The notes: generated by a model from the letters alone, not told the origin. DNA of 64,000 bases from Oscillospiraceae bacterium (GCA_022508895.1 JAFLUH010000001.1:77265-141264); one strand, 5' to 3'; shown: positions 8,554 to 20,204, numbered from the stretch's first letter. Program-made: numbers and translations.

Positions 8554-9618
8554 ATGGCAATTGAAATGAGCGGTTTTCAGGGCGCGTCTGATGACGATAT
8601 ACAGATCGGTCGTTTGATTGAAACCGGCTGTACGCCTGAGGATATAGATCTGGAGTTCAGCCTTCGCCCTAAGATTTTATCAGAATATATTGGGCAGGAA
8701 AAGGTAAAGGATAATCTTAAAATTTACATAGAAGCTGCAAAGAAAAGGGGAGAGCCTCTTGACCATGTCCTTCTTTACGGCCCCCCGGGATTGGGCAAAA
8801 CCACATTGGCAGGCATAATTGCCAACGAAATGGGCGTACAGATCAAGATAACCTCAGGACCTGCAATAGAAAAACCGGGGAGCCTTGCGTCCATACTTAC
8901 CACATTGAAAGACGGAGATGTACTGTTTATAGACGAGATACACCGCCTGTCCAGACAGGTGGAGGAGGTTCTTTATCCCGCAATGGAGGACTATGCCCTT
9001 GATATAATGATAGGCAAAGGACCTGATGCACAGTCAATACGTATAGACCTGCCCCATTTCACCCTTATAGGGGCAACTACCCGTGCAGGTCAGCTTACCG
9101 GACCTTTGCGCGACAGATTTGGCGTTGTGGAACGACTTGACCTTTACACTCATCAGCAGCTTTGCGAGATAATAATGCGTTCAGCCGTTATACTCGGGAT
9201 ACCTACATTAAAGGACGGGGCAATGGAGCTTGCGCGGCGTTCGCGTGGGACCCCCCGCATAGCCAACCGCCTGCTGAAGCGTGCAAGAGATTTTGCTGAG
9301 GTAAGAGGAAACGGACAGATAACTCAGGAGCTTGCAGATCACGCGCTTAACTGTCTTGAGATAGATGAACTGGGACTTGACAGCCTGGACAGGCGGATGC
9401 TCACTATGATAATCAAGGGTTATAACGGCGGACCTGTGGGACTTGACACCTTGGCAAGTGCATTGGGCGAGGAATCGGTGACCTTGGAGGACGTTTGTGA
9501 GCCGTATCTTATGCAGTTAGGATTTATTGCAAGAACCCCCAGAGGCAGAACAGCCACTGCACTTGCATATCAGCATTTGGGTATAGAAAGCAACGACGGT
9601 CAGCAAATGCTTTTATAA
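8554..9618 (+). CDS. ruvB: Holliday junction branch migration helicase RuvB
   Basis: [40 protein letters not shown]. Confidence 0.98.
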   Translation: MAIEMSGFQGASDDDIQIGRLIETGCTPEDIDLEFSLRPKILSEYIGQEKVKDNLKIYIEAAKKRGEPLDHVLLYGPPGLGKTTLAGIIANEMGVQIKITSGPAIEKPGSLASILTTLKDGDVLFIDEIHRLSRQVEEVLYPAMEDYALDIMIGKGPDAQSIRIDLPHFTLIGATTRAGQLTGPLRDRFGVVERLDLYTHQQLCEIIMRSAVILGIPTLKDGAMELARRSRGTPRIANRLLKRARDFAEVRGNGQITQELADHALNCLEIDELGLDSLDRRMLTMIIKGYNGGPVGLDTLASALGEESVTLEDVCEPYLMQLGFIARTPRGRTATALAYQHLGIESNDGQQMLL

Positions 9619-9657
9619 TGAAATAGAAATATATTATTAACAGGAGACGGCACAATA

Positions 9658-11019
9658 ATGGGCAGATTGTTCGGAACTGACGGTGCAAGAGGCGTAGCTA
9701 TAACTGAGCTAACCTGCGAAACTGCCATGAACATAGGCAGAGCCGCTGCAACGGTTTTGACCAGGCACAAAACAAGTGAAGGGCGAGCTAAGATACTTAT
9801 AGGAAAGGACACCAGAATTTCTTCGGATGTTCTGGAGGCGGCTCTTATAGCAGGGATAACCTCCGTTGGAGTTGATGCGGAGCTTTTGGGAGTTGTTCCG
9901 ACGCCAACTGTAGCTTATCTGGTAAAGCTTCACCAAGCGGATGCAGGCGTTATGATATCGGCGTCCCACAATCCCGTTGAGGATAATGGCATAAAGCTTT
10001 TCGCCGACACAGGTTATAAGCTTCCTGACGAAATCGAAAATGAAATAGAGGAGCTTATACTGGATTGTCCCGAAAAGATACAGCTCAAAAATGGCTGCGA
10101 AATAGGCAGAGTAAGCACCATACGCAATGCCGTGGAAGAATACAACAGTCATCTTGCAAGTACGGCGGAATGTTCGTTTTCGGGAATAAAAGTCGCTATA
10201 GACTGCGCCAACGGAAGCGCTTCAGCTACGGCGGAGACCTTGTTCAGCAAGCTTGGAGCAAACTGCACAATGCTTTATAACAGTCCGGATGGCTGCAATA
10301 TAAACGACAGCTGCGGCTCTACGCATATAGAAAGTCTCAGAACCTTTGTAAAGGAACACAGGTGTGATCTTGGTATTGCCTTTGACGGAGATGCGGACAG
10401 GTGCATTGCGGTAGATGAAAACGGAAACATTGTTGACGGAGATAAGCTTATCGCAATAATATCCGATCATATGCGCAGCAAGGGCACACTGAAAAAAGAT
10501 ACGGCAGTAGTCACGGTAATGAGTAACCTTGGTTTTCATACCTATATGAAAAATAATCATATAAACACTGTCTGCACAGCGGTTGGCGACAGATATGTCC
10601 TTGAAGAAATGCTGAAATGTGGTTATAATATCGGCGGCGAACAGTCAGGTCATATAATTTTTCTTGACCACGCTACCACAGGAGACGGTCAGCTGACGGC
10701 TGTTCAGTTGCTGAACCTGCTTGCCGCTACAAAAAAGCCGCTGTCTGAATTGGTAAGTGGGATACCCGATTTTCCGCAACTTCTTATGAATGTTAAAATA
10801 ACTGAGGATAAAAAGGGCAAATGGGATAAAACGCCCTCTATACTGTCTGCTATAAAGGAAGCGGAGGACGCTTTAGGCGAAAACGGCAGAGTGCTGGTAA
10901 GAGAAAGCGGCACTGAGCCGCTTGTCAGAGTGATGATCGAAGGCAAAAACGCTGATGAGGTAAAATATTGGACTGAGAAAATAGTTGAAAAAGTAGAAGA
11001 AGAGCTTTGCGGTCAGTGA
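9658..11019 (+). CDS. glmM: phosphoglucosamine mutase
   Basis: FGTDGARG, SASHNP, DGDADR, GGEQSGH, RESGTEPLVRVM. Confidence 0.96.
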   Translation: MGRLFGTDGARGVAITELTCETAMNIGRAAATVLTRHKTSEGRAKILIGKDTRISSDVLEAALIAGITSVGVDAELLGVVPTPTVAYLVKLHQADAGVMISASHNPVEDNGIKLFADTGYKLPDEIENEIEELILDCPEKIQLKNGCEIGRVSTIRNAVEEYNSHLASTAECSFSGIKVAIDCANGSASATAETLFSKLGANCTMLYNSPDGCNINDSCGSTHIESLRTFVKEHRCDLGIAFDGDADRCIAVDENGNIVDGDKLIAIISDHMRSKGTLKKDTAVVTVMSNLGFHTYMKNNHINTVCTAVGDRYVLEEMLKCGYNIGGEQSGHIIFLDHATTGDGQLTAVQLLNLLAATKKPLSELVSGIPDFPQLLMNVKITEDKKGKWDKTPSILSAIKEAEDALGENGRVLVRESGTEPLVRVMIEGKNADEVKYWTEKIVEKVEEELCGQ

Positions 11020-11049
11020 TACTGGTGTGAACGGGAAGGGAAAAATCTA

Positions 11050-11385
11050 ATGGCTAAAATAGAGTGTGAGCTTCACGGAAATTTTGATGCAATACTGAAT
11101 ACACTCCATAATGCGGTCATGTCCGGCAGTTCAAGCGCTTCTGTTGAGGATAGTTCAAACTTTTACACGGGCAGCGCACGCTGTGTAGTGAGGACTTATG
11201 AAAGATACAGCTATTTTGGAAATGGAAGGGTAAGCATGAATATCACCTTGCTGGAGTCAGACGGAAGGATATTCCTTTTCGCAATAACGTCAGGCGGAAG
11301 TCAGGCAATGTTTTTCAAGGTAAATACTATCGGAGAGAACAGCTTCCTTGATACTATAAGAAATGCTGTGAGCCAATTTGTTTGA
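11050..11385 (+). CDS. conserved hypothetical protein (DUF6054-like)
   Basis: SASVEDSS, VRTYERYSY, ITSGGSQAMFFKVNT..E..FL pattern; family assignment from memory. Confidence 0.65.
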   Translation: MAKIECELHGNFDAILNTLHNAVMSGSSSASVEDSSNFYTGSARCVVRTYERYSYFGNGRVSMNITLLESDGRIFLFAITSGGSQAMFFKVNTIGENSFLDTIRNAVSQFV

Positions 11386-11403
11386 TAAGGGATCGCAGAA
11401 AGT

Positions 11404-12273
11404 ATGAGAATTGCAAAGGATTGGCAGGATTACTGCCTTATAGATACATCAAAGGGTGAACGTCTTGAACGGTGGGGCAATGTTACACTGATACGCCCTG
11501 ATCCGCAGATAATATGGGAGTGCAGTGATCCCGCTTCAGAGTGGAATAATGCAAATGCACGGTATATCCGCTCTTCATCGGGAGGCGGACATTGGGAATA
11601 TTCCCGTTCATTACCCGAAAACTGGAATATAAGATACAAAAATCTCACTTTTATGGTAAAACCTACAGGCTTCAAGCACACTGGGCTGTTTCCCGAACAG
11701 GCAGTAAATTGGGACTATTGTGCTGAACTAATAGAACAAGCCGGACGACCGGCCAAGATTTTGAATCTTTTTGCGTATACAGGCGGAGCAACTCTTGCCT
11801 GTGCAGCTGCAGGCGCAAGCGTGTGTCACCTGGACGCCGTAAAGGGAATGGTTGAGTGGGGCAAGCAAAACGCAGCTTTAAGCGGTTTATCAGATAAGCC
11901 CATACGCTGGATAGTTGATGATGTGATGAAATTTCTTGGTCGGGAGATCAAGCGCGGAAACAAATATGACGGCATTGTACTGGATCCGCCAAGCTATGGC
12001 AGAGGTACCAACGGTGAAATGTGGAAGCTGGAGGATCGCATTTATGAGCTTATGATGCGCTGCACACAGGTGTTATCCGACGATCCGCTGTTCATCGTTT
12101 TGAATAGCTATACCACAGGGCTTTCCCCATCGGTAATGTCCTATCTGCTTCAAATGACGGTAGGCAGGCAGAGAAAAGCCGAAATATCGGCAGAGGAGAT
12201 AGGACTGCCCGTTAAACAGACGGGTCTTGCAATTCCTTGTGGGAATACGGCGATAGTAAATTTTATAAACTGA
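11404..12273 (+). CDS. class I SAM-dependent methyltransferase (RlmI/RlmK-like)
   Basis: [26 protein letters not shown] motifs. Confidence 0.9.
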   Translation: MRIAKDWQDYCLIDTSKGERLERWGNVTLIRPDPQIIWECSDPASEWNNANARYIRSSSGGGHWEYSRSLPENWNIRYKNLTFMVKPTGFKHTGLFPEQAVNWDYCAELIEQAGRPAKILNLFAYTGGATLACAAAGASVCHLDAVKGMVEWGKQNAALSGLSDKPIRWIVDDVMKFLGREIKRGNKYDGIVLDPPSYGRGTNGEMWKLEDRIYELMMRCTQVLSDDPLFIVLNSYTTGLSPSVMSYLLQMTVGRQRKAEISAEEIGLPVKQTGLAIPCGNTAIVNFIN

Positions 12274-12296
12274 AGGTTTTTGGAGACAGCGACCTG

Positions 12297-13157
12297 ATGA
12301 ATATAATAGAAGTAAAAAATCTGGAATTTGAGTATCCCATAACCGATGATGAAGGCAACGTTGTCGGTGGAAATAAGGTTTTAAAAGACATAAGTCTGGA
12401 AATACCAAAGGGACAGTTTCTTGCTATACTCGGTCATAACGGAAGCGGGAAATCTACACTTGCCAAGCACTTCAACGGCATTTTGCTGGGGAATTCGGGT
12501 AAGGTTTTTGTTAATGGTATAGATACTGCTGATGACGATAGGATATACGACGTGCGGCAGACCGTAGGAATGGTGTTTCAAAATCCCGATAACCAGTTGG
12601 TTGCGACCATTGTAGAAGAGGATGTGGCTTTTGCGCCCGAAAACTTAGGATTGCCTCCTGAACAGATACGAGAGCGTGTGGACGAGGCGCTTAATGCGGT
12701 GGATATGTACAAGTACCGTCTACACTCTGCCCATCAGCTTTCCGGCGGACAAAAACAGCGTATTGCAATTGCAGGCGTTATAGCTATGCGTCCTGAGTGC
12801 ATCGTTCTTGACGAGCCTACGGCAATGCTTGATCCAAAAGGCAGAAAATCCATAATGAAAACCATAAAGCATCTTAACAGTCAGTTCGGAATAACTATAG
12901 TGCTGATAACTCATTACATGGACGAAGCCGCACAGGCGGAGCGTGTTGTGGTTATGGACGGCGGCAGGATAATAATGGACGACGTGCCGCAAAAGATATT
13001 TTCAAAGGTGGACAAGCTGACAGAAGTGGGACTGGACGTGCCGCAAGTGACGCAGCTTGCATACGAGTTGAAAAAAGAGGGGATCGACATCTCCCTTGAA
13101 GTGCTTACCGAGGAGGATTGCCTTAACGAGCTTTTAAGGGTTGCAGACAGAAAATGA
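12297..13157 (+). CDS. ecfA1: ECF transporter ATPase A1
   Basis: [34 protein letters not shown]; start at 12297. Confidence 0.95.
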   Translation: MNIIEVKNLEFEYPITDDEGNVVGGNKVLKDISLEIPKGQFLAILGHNGSGKSTLAKHFNGILLGNSGKVFVNGIDTADDDRIYDVRQTVGMVFQNPDNQLVATIVEEDVAFAPENLGLPPEQIRERVDEALNAVDMYKYRLHSAHQLSGGQKQRIAIAGVIAMRPECIVLDEPTAMLDPKGRKSIMKTIKHLNSQFGITIVLITHYMDEAAQAERVVVMDGGRIIMDDVPQKIFSKVDKLTEVGLDVPQVTQLAYELKKEGIDISLEVLTEEDCLNELLRVADRK

Positions 13158-13172
13158 TTATAGGTAGAACAA

Positions 13173-14036
13173 ATGAATGCGATAGAAACAAAAAATCTGA
13201 CATATAAATACAGTGTAGGAACGCCTTTTGAAACCACTGCCGTCAACGACGTAAGCGTATGTATCGAGCAGGGCGAATTTGTAGGTGTTATCGGTCATAC
13301 CGGAAGTGGAAAATCAACGCTGATACAGCATTTGAACGGACTTTTGAAACAGACTTCCGGTGAAGTCCTGATAAACGGCAGGAACATTTGGAGCAAGGAC
13401 GTAAATATAAAAGATATACGATTTGAAGCCGGACTTGTATTCCAGTATTCCGAGTATCAGCTTTTCGAGGAAACAGTCTATAAGGATATAGCCTTTGGTC
13501 CGAAAAATATGGGACTTTCCGAGGAGGAAATCGACAGGTGCGTAAGAAAAGCAGCAGAACAAATGGGCTTGGACGAGGAGCTGCTGGAGCGTTCTCCCTT
13601 TGACCTTTCAGGCGGGCAGAAACGCCGCGTGGCATTAGCAGGCGTTATAGCAATGGAGCCTAAGATACTTATACTTGACGAGCCTGCCGCAGGACTTGAC
13701 CCTGCAGGGCGTGACAGGGTGCTGGAGGAAATAAGCAACTACCACAAAAATTCCGGCACAACAATTTTATTGGTCTCCCACTCAATGGAGGATATCGTAA
13801 AATATGCAAAAAAAGTTCTGGTGATGAACAAGGGTGAGCTTTTTTGCTATGAAGATGTGGACAAGGTGTTCTCTATGGCGGAGGAGCTTCAGAAGATAGG
13901 GCTTGATGTGCCTCAGATAACAAAACTGGCACAGCTTTTAAATAAAAACGGAATAGATATCGGAAAAGATATTTATACAGTAGAGCGGGCAAAAGAAAGA
14001 CTTCTGAAAATAATAAAAGGAAACACTGATGCTTAA
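13173..14036 (+). CDS. ecfA2: ECF transporter ATPase A2
   Basis: GHTGSGKST, SPFDLSGGQKRR, LDEPAAGLDP. Confidence 0.95.
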   Translation: MNAIETKNLTYKYSVGTPFETTAVNDVSVCIEQGEFVGVIGHTGSGKSTLIQHLNGLLKQTSGEVLINGRNIWSKDVNIKDIRFEAGLVFQYSEYQLFEETVYKDIAFGPKNMGLSEEEIDRCVRKAAEQMGLDEELLERSPFDLSGGQKRRVALAGVIAMEPKILILDEPAAGLDPAGRDRVLEEISNYHKNSGTTILLVSHSMEDIVKYAKKVLVMNKGELFCYEDVDKVFSMAEELQKIGLDVPQITKLAQLLNKNGIDIGKDIYTVERAKERLLKIIKGNTDA

Positions 14037-14835
14037 AGACATAACGATAGGTCAATATTTCCCCGGTGATTCGGTGGTGCACCGAATTGACAGCCGCTTC
14101 AAGATAATTCTCGATATTTTATATGTTGTTATGTTGTTTGTGGCAGACAATTTTATTTCGTTGGCTGTAGCGGGGATTTTTATTTTGATGGCGTATGCCG
14201 TGTCGGGCATAAAGGCTGTGATGATGTTAAAGAGCCTTAAACCTATTATGCCGCTGATACTGTTCACGGCAATACTTAATCTTTTCTTCGTAAACGGTAC
14301 AGGAGACCCTTTGGTTGAGTGGTGGATAATAACTATACATGAGGAGGGAATTACCACTGCCATATTTATGATAGTGCGCATAGTATGTCTTATCATAGGT
14401 ATGTCTCTGCTCACCTATACCACCTCTCCGATAGTTCTCACCGACGCAATCGAACGACTGCTGTCTCCGCTGAAAAAGATAAAGCTGCCTGTTCATGAGC
14501 TTGCAATGATGATGACGATAGCACTGAGGTTCATTCCCACGCTTATAGAGGAAACAGACAAGATAATGGCTGCACAGAAGGCAAGGGGCGCAGAGCTTGA
14601 CACGGGCGGACTGATGAAGCGAGCTAAGGCGTTAGTCCCGATTTTGATACCACTTTTTGTTTCGGCATTCAAACGTGCAAACGAGCTTGCAATGGCGATG
14701 GAGTGCCGTTGCTACAAGGGTGGAGACGGAAGGACAAAGCTTCGCCAGCTTAAAGCACGCCCGGCTGATTATATGGTGTTCATGCTTGTGCTTACTGTCC
14801 TTGGATTTGTGATAGTGGATAATGTGGTGTTCTGA
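14029..14835 (+). CDS. ecfT: ECF transporter transmembrane component T
   Basis: DITIGQYFPG, ALRFIPTL, AQKARG, AMECRCY. Confidence 0.95.
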   Translation: MLKDITIGQYFPGDSVVHRIDSRFKIILDILYVVMLFVADNFISLAVAGIFILMAYAVSGIKAVMMLKSLKPIMPLILFTAILNLFFVNGTGDPLVEWWIITIHEEGITTAIFMIVRIVCLIIGMSLLTYTTSPIVLTDAIERLLSPLKKIKLPVHELAMMMTIALRFIPTLIEETDKIMAAQKARGAELDTGGLMKRAKALVPILIPLFVSAFKRANELAMAMECRCYKGGDGRTKLRQLKARPADYMVFMLVLTVLGFVIVDNVVF

Positions 14836-15584
14836 TGAAAAATCTCAAGGTTACTATAGCTTATAACGGTTTCGCATATAACGGTTATCAAAGCCAGCCA
14901 AACGGCAATACGGTTCAGGATCGGCTGCAAAAGTCAATGACTGAGCTGCTTAATCAACCGATAACGATAAACGGCTGTTCACGCACAGACGCCGGAGTAC
15001 ACGCCCGAGAGTTCGTATTCAACGCTTTATATGACGATAGGCTCAGCAGCATAACACCTGACAGCTTTGTACGCGCCATGAACGGCTCTTTACCGTATGA
15101 TATTGCAGTGCTTTCCTGCGAATATGCTCCGCTTGATTTTCATGCGCGTTTTTGTGCAAAGGGTAAGGAATACCTTTATCTTGTGGATATCTCAAAGGTA
15201 CGGAATGTTTTTTCAACCGATTTAGCATTGCATTATCCTTATGATATAGATGTACCGAAGCTGAGAGAGGCTGCCTTGCTGATGGTTGGTCAGCACGATT
15301 TTGCGGCATTCTGTAAGGCTGAGGCAAAAGAACATCTGAAATCTACGGTTCGCACCGTTACTGACATACGGATAGAAAAAAAACATAATAATGTGGAATT
15401 TTATGTCAGCGGAGACGGCTTCCTTCACAATATGGTGCGGATAATCGTAGGAACGATGATATATATAAACGAAGATAAACGCAGTGCAGAAGATGTGAAG
15501 GAAGCATTGGAAACAGGAAACCGTGAAAAGGCAGGTAAAACTCTTCCGCCTCACGGACTTTATTTGAACAAGGTGTTTTATTGA
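14835..15584 (+). CDS. truA: tRNA pseudouridine(38-40) synthase
   Basis: GCSRTDAGVHA, FHARF, GFLHNMVRIIVG, LPPHGLYL. Confidence 0.97.
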   Translation: MKNLKVTIAYNGFAYNGYQSQPNGNTVQDRLQKSMTELLNQPITINGCSRTDAGVHAREFVFNALYDDRLSSITPDSFVRAMNGSLPYDIAVLSCEYAPLDFHARFCAKGKEYLYLVDISKVRNVFSTDLALHYPYDIDVPKLREAALLMVGQHDFAAFCKAEAKEHLKSTVRTVTDIRIEKKHNNVEFYVSGDGFLHNMVRIIVGTMIYINEDKRSAEDVKEALETGNREKAGKTLPPHGLYLNKVFY

Positions 15585-15611
15585 TACAGCTAAAAAGGAA
15601 GGAGGGATAAA

Positions 15612-16787
15612 ATGGCAGCAGGCAATGAGCGGAATAACCAGACTTCAGATCTGGTTGAATATAGAAAAAAACGAAAACAAAAGCGCATGCTGACAAGGCT
15701 TATTATTGTTCTTTTGATTTTCACCGTGATTTTGATAATTGCGGCGAATTTTACTTCTATAATAGAACCGCTAAGGGGCTTTGCGTCACGAATAGATACA
15801 AAAACCTCCGATGAAGTGGGATTTCCTATAAAGCTTCCGGGAAGCGCATCGTACTCCTTTGACAGCTTTGGGGATAGCTTTCTTCTTCTGACAGATACAT
15901 ATCTTTACACCTTCGGAATGAACGGTGGACAGAACTATGCGCTGAGGCACGGTTATTCAAATCCCACTCAATGCTCCAATTCCAAGCGTATACTTTTGTA
16001 TGATAAGGATTATAACAATTTTTCGCTGTACAGCAAAACAAGTCTTATCTACAGCGGAAACGTTGAAGAAAAAATTGTGTTCACTTCTTTGAGCAATAAC
16101 GATACTGCCGCAATTGTCACTAATTCTGACAGATATTCAAATATCATTTACATATACAATGGAAGGGGCGAATGGAGGTATACCAGAAAGTTTATTGATG
16201 AGAATGTAATGAATGTAAAATTCTCATCTGAGGAACGCTACATTTATGTGAGCACGATCGGAGTCGAAAACGGGGAAATTTATTCCGCAATATATAAGTA
16301 TGATATAACAAACGAATCGGATGCTATATGGAGCTACAGAATGAACAGCTTCTCTATTCCGCTGGATATGCATGTGCAGGGCGGTAGAGTGCACATAATT
16401 TTTGACAATCTTGCCGTCTCTCTCAGCGAAACAGACGGCACTGCTGTAGGAGAAATGGCTTTTCCGGGAACCGTTCTCTGCTGCGATTTTTCTGATTCTC
16501 TCGTTGCAGTGGTATACACCGATTCTTCCACCAACAGAAAGATGTTATCCATACTGAACAGTGAAATGGAAGTCATTTCGTCCAAATCGGTAAATCCAAA
16601 TATCGACAGAATTATAGTTGACGGAAACAGTGTATATCTGGTTGAGTCAGGAATGCTGTACGGATATGATTCGCAATCAGAAGCTATTGTTGAAAAACAG
16701 CTGTTTGATGATTATGTATCATTTATCAAAATAGGCAGCTCCGTACTGCTGTTAGGCTATAATTCCGTGGATATTGAAACTATATAA
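15612..16787 (+). CDS. membrane-anchored beta-propeller-like protein (DUF5711-like)
   Basis: basic N-terminus, single TM, beta-rich repeats; family assignment from memory. Confidence 0.7.
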   Translation: MAAGNERNNQTSDLVEYRKKRKQKRMLTRLIIVLLIFTVILIIAANFTSIIEPLRGFASRIDTKTSDEVGFPIKLPGSASYSFDSFGDSFLLLTDTYLYTFGMNGGQNYALRHGYSNPTQCSNSKRILLYDKDYNNFSLYSKTSLIYSGNVEEKIVFTSLSNNDTAAIVTNSDRYSNIIYIYNGRGEWRYTRKFIDENVMNVKFSSEERYIYVSTIGVENGEIYSAIYKYDITNESDAIWSYRMNSFSIPLDMHVQGGRVHIIFDNLAVSLSETDGTAVGEMAFPGTVLCCDFSDSLVAVVYTDSSTNRKMLSILNSEMEVISSKSVNPNIDRIIVDGNSVYLVESGMLYGYDSQSEAIVEKQLFDDYVSFIKIGSSVLLLGYNSVDIETI

Positions 16788-16815
16788 TATATTTTATTAT
16801 TTAAAGGGGAAAAAT

Positions 16816-17856
16816 ATGGGAACACAATTTTTTTGGATATTTGACATCGCTATAGTGGCGATATTGGCAGGATTTATTTTCTTGGGCATACGGAAGGGAT
16901 TAGTGTCAACTATTGTAGCTGCAGTATCATTAGTTCTTGCGTTTATTGTTTCATTGCCTGTGAGCGGTGCTATTGCTGATGCGATATATGAAAATCTGAT
17001 AAGAAATGCTGTAGCGGATGAGATCAATAATCAGATCGGCGCTGCGATAGACGGTACGTTGATAGCCAAAATCAAAGATGTGGATATTAGCAAGGCAAAA
17101 ATAAACGGACGGGAGTTTTCCTCTTTAGATATCCAAATTGACAGTTCCGGAAAATACAGTCTCGATCTTTCCAATCTTGACCTGACCGGTACGGGTATAG
17201 AAGATATTGATCTGAGTGCTTTAGGGATAACAGACGAAAGCATGGACTTTTCCTCGGTAAATCTTGGCACTGTTGTACTCACTGCAGACGATATAAATAC
17301 ATACGGAACCGAAAAAATAGTATTGGCTACTGTTATTTCGGACAATATATCAAACGGAACGGCATTTGGTTCGATCGCGTCCGCTGTGGAAAAAATGGCA
17401 GACTCTATACCTGTTATCCTGTCAGGCGTATCCGAATCGGTTACATCAGGGGACAGGACCATCATGAACGAGGTCGTTCTGAGTATCCTCGATGCCGATA
17501 CAGATGATTTTGCCCGTGCAATTACAGATGATATGGTAAGGCCGGTTTTGCTGGTTCCGATGAGGGCATTGATTTTTATTGTTTTATTTGCTATAATAGC
17601 TATTATATTGAGCATTGCTGCAAAGCTTCTTAAACTGGTCAATAAAATACCTTTGATCGGTAATATCAATAAGGTTCTGGGTGCAGTGGCCGGAGCGGTT
17701 GAAGCAGTGATAGTTATATTCCTTGTTTGTATCTTCATTCAGGTCATCGTAGTATTATCAGGAAACACTCTTATTTTCTTGAACACAATGACTATAGATG
17801 AGACCTTTATTTTTCAAAAAATATATTACTTTGAATTTCTTGATTTTTTAGCGTAA
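16816..17856 (+). CDS. CvpA-family membrane protein with long central insertion
   Basis: FDIAIVAILAGFIFLGIRKGLV start and NKVLGAVAGAVEA end are CvpA-like; about 190-aa soluble insert. Confidence 0.75.
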   Translation: MGTQFFWIFDIAIVAILAGFIFLGIRKGLVSTIVAAVSLVLAFIVSLPVSGAIADAIYENLIRNAVADEINNQIGAAIDGTLIAKIKDVDISKAKINGREFSSLDIQIDSSGKYSLDLSNLDLTGTGIEDIDLSALGITDESMDFSSVNLGTVVLTADDINTYGTEKIVLATVISDNISNGTAFGSIASAVEKMADSIPVILSGVSESVTSGDRTIMNEVVLSILDADTDDFARAITDDMVRPVLLVPMRALIFIVLFAIIAIILSIAAKLLKLVNKIPLIGNINKVLGAVAGAVEAVIVIFLVCIFIQVIVVLSGNTLIFLNTMTIDETFIFQKIYYFEFLDFLA

Positions 17857-17882
17857 CGTAATGTTCTTAAGGAGGGAGTACA

Positions 17883-20204
17883 ATGATGTTGTGCGGCAGG
17901 TGCAAAAAACGCCCGGCGGTGGTGTTTATAAGCACTATGAAAGGTAACGAAAAGCATAACGAAGGATTGTGCCTTAAATGCGCAAAAGACTTGAATGTTC
18001 CTCAGGTCAGCGACTATATAAAACAGTTGGGTATTGACGAGGAAGATCTGGAGAATGAGATAGATATGCTGTTTGGTTCAGGCGATTACGAAGGAAACGG
18101 CGATGAAGAAAACACAGATACTGAGGAAAGCGTAGATGGCTTTAAAAGCGGCGGTGCAGGCACAATGACGCCTTTTCTGCGCAGTTTGTTTGAAGGACCT
18201 TTTTCTTCCGGTTCTGAAAATGCCGATAAATCTCAAAAGAAAAGCGAGACAGCCGAGAAAAAGGAAAAGAAGCCTGAAAAATCCAATAAAAAGCGCAAAT
18301 TCCTTGACACCTTCTGCACAAACCTCACTGCAAAGGCAAAACGCGGCGAGCTGGACCGTATCATAGGCCGTGAAAAGGAAATTTACCGTGTAACACAGAT
18401 ACTGTCACGCCGCACTAAAAATAATCCCTGCCTTATAGGTGAGCCCGGCGTGGGAAAAACTGCTATTGCAGAGGGAATAGCGCAAAAGCTGGTGGAAGGT
18501 TCCGTCCCTTTTAGGCTCAGAGGCAAGGAACTATATCTGTTGGACCTTACCGCCCTTGTGGCAGGCACGCAGTTCAGAGGACAGTTTGAAAGCCGTGTAA
18601 AATCCCTTATTGATGAAGTAAAGAGCGCAGGAAATATATTACTGTTTATAGATGAGGTTCATAATCTGGTCGGAACAGGCGACAGCGAGGGAACCATGAA
18701 TGCCGCTAATATGTTCAAGCCTGCGCTGTCAAGGGGAGAACTTCAGGTCATAGGTGCTACAACCTTTGACGAATACAGAAAGTATATCGAAAAGGACAGC
18801 GCTTTGGAACGGCGTTTCCAGCCTGTTACCGTGAATGAGCCAAGCCTTGAGGATACGGTTGAGCTCCTCAAGGGCATAAAAAGCTACTATGAGGAGCACC
18901 ATGCCATACATGTTCCTGACAGTATTCTGCGCGCTTGTGCGGTATTGTCTGAGCGCTATATAACTGACAGGTATCTCCCCGATAAGGCGATCGACCTGCT
19001 TGACGAATCAGCGGCATGTGCAAGCATAAAAAGTACAGATCTTGCTGAATATGAAGGTCTGAAGCTTGAAAACAAGGATTTGGAGCGAGAGCTGACGGAT
19101 CTTTCCGCCGAAACCGAAAATATCGATTACGAACGTATAGCTGAGGTAAAGACTGAAATTTCAAAAAACGAAATTCGCATAAAGGAGCTTGAGCCTCTTG
19201 TAACTCAGATAACAGTTACTGAGGAAGACGTGTCAAGGGTTATTGAGCTTTGGACAGGTATTCCTGCCAGCAAGATAATGGAGACGGAGTTTAAGAAGAT
19301 AGCAAGGCTGGAAGATGTGCTGAAAAGCAAGGTCATCGGTCAGGACAATGCCTGCGAGCTTGTGGCAGCAGCAATAAGGCGCACCCGTGTACAGCTTTCC
19401 CTGCGCCGCAGACCTGCGTCCTTTATATTTGTTGGTCCTACCGGTGTAGGTAAAACCGAGTTGGTCAAGGTGCTTTCAGAGGAGCTGTTCGATACCGTGG
19501 ATCCGCTCATAAGACTTGATATGAGCGAGTATATGGAAAAATACAGCGTAAGCAAGATCATAGGCTCACCTCCCGGATATATTGGTTACGACGAAGCTGG
19601 ACAGCTTACCGAAAAGGTACGCAGAAAGCCATATTCAGTAATACTTTTTGATGAGATCGAAAAGGCACATCCCGATGTTCTGAACATTCTGCTTCAGATA
19701 CTTGACGAAGGCAAGGTGACTGATTCCCACGGCAGAGTGGTAAGCTTTGAAAATACCGTTATAGCAATGACCTCCAACGCAGGTTCGTCCAATAAATCTT
19801 CAGGCGGACTTGGATTTGGTAAAACAGAAGCCGATATATCCAAGGAAAAGGCGATGAATGCACTTAAGGAATTTCTGCGTCCTGAATTTTTGGGCAGAAT
19901 AGACGAGATCGTGGTATTCAATCCGCTTACGGAAGAGCATTACGCAAAAATTGCCAAGCTTATGCTTGAGGAAATGAAGGAAGCCCTTGCGGAAAAAAAT
20001 ATTACTCTGAAAATTACCGATGCCGCTTATAAAACCATTGCTTCCAAGGCATTCGGCGGGAAATACGGTGGACGTGATATACGCAGAGTAATACGCCGTG
20101 ATCTGGAAGACAAAGTGGCAAATCTGGTGGTGGAAAAGGGAGAAGGCGGACTTTCCGAGGTCAGCGTATCCTCAAAGACCGGCGAGTTGGTGGTTTCAGG
20201 ATGA
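17883..20204 (+). CDS. ATP-dependent Clp protease ATP-binding subunit, ClpE-like (N-terminal C4 Zn finger)
   Basis: CGRC...CLKC N-terminus; two AAA+ modules (GEPGVGKT, GPTGVGKT); LGF ClpP-docking loop; no Clp-N repeats. Confidence 0.93.
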   Translation: MMLCGRCKKRPAVVFISTMKGNEKHNEGLCLKCAKDLNVPQVSDYIKQLGIDEEDLENEIDMLFGSGDYEGNGDEENTDTEESVDGFKSGGAGTMTPFLRSLFEGPFSSGSENADKSQKKSETAEKKEKKPEKSNKKRKFLDTFCTNLTAKAKRGELDRIIGREKEIYRVTQILSRRTKNNPCLIGEPGVGKTAIAEGIAQKLVEGSVPFRLRGKELYLLDLTALVAGTQFRGQFESRVKSLIDEVKSAGNILLFIDEVHNLVGTGDSEGTMNAANMFKPALSRGELQVIGATTFDEYRKYIEKDSALERRFQPVTVNEPSLEDTVELLKGIKSYYEEHHAIHVPDSILRACAVLSERYITDRYLPDKAIDLLDESAACASIKSTDLAEYEGLKLENKDLERELTDLSAETENIDYERIAEVKTEISKNEIRIKELEPLVTQITVTEEDVSRVIELWTGIPASKIMETEFKKIARLEDVLKSKVIGQDNACELVAAAIRRTRVQLSLRRRPASFIFVGPTGVGKTELVKVLSEELFDTVDPLIRLDMSEYMEKYSVSKIIGSPPGYIGYDEAGQLTEKVRRKPYSVILFDEIEKAHPDVLNILLQILDEGKVTDSHGRVVSFENTVIAMTSNAGSSNKSSGGLGFGKTEADISKEKAMNALKEFLRPEFLGRIDEIVVFNPLTEEHYAKIAKLMLEEMKEALAEKNITLKITDAAYKTIASKAFGGKYGGRDIRRVIRRDLEDKVANLVVEKGEGGLSEVSVSSKTGELVVSG

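Noticed and set aside
17031-17738. 235-aa minus-strand Ile/Thr-rich ORF
   Set aside because: Reverse-frame shadow of the hydrophobic CvpA-like gene.
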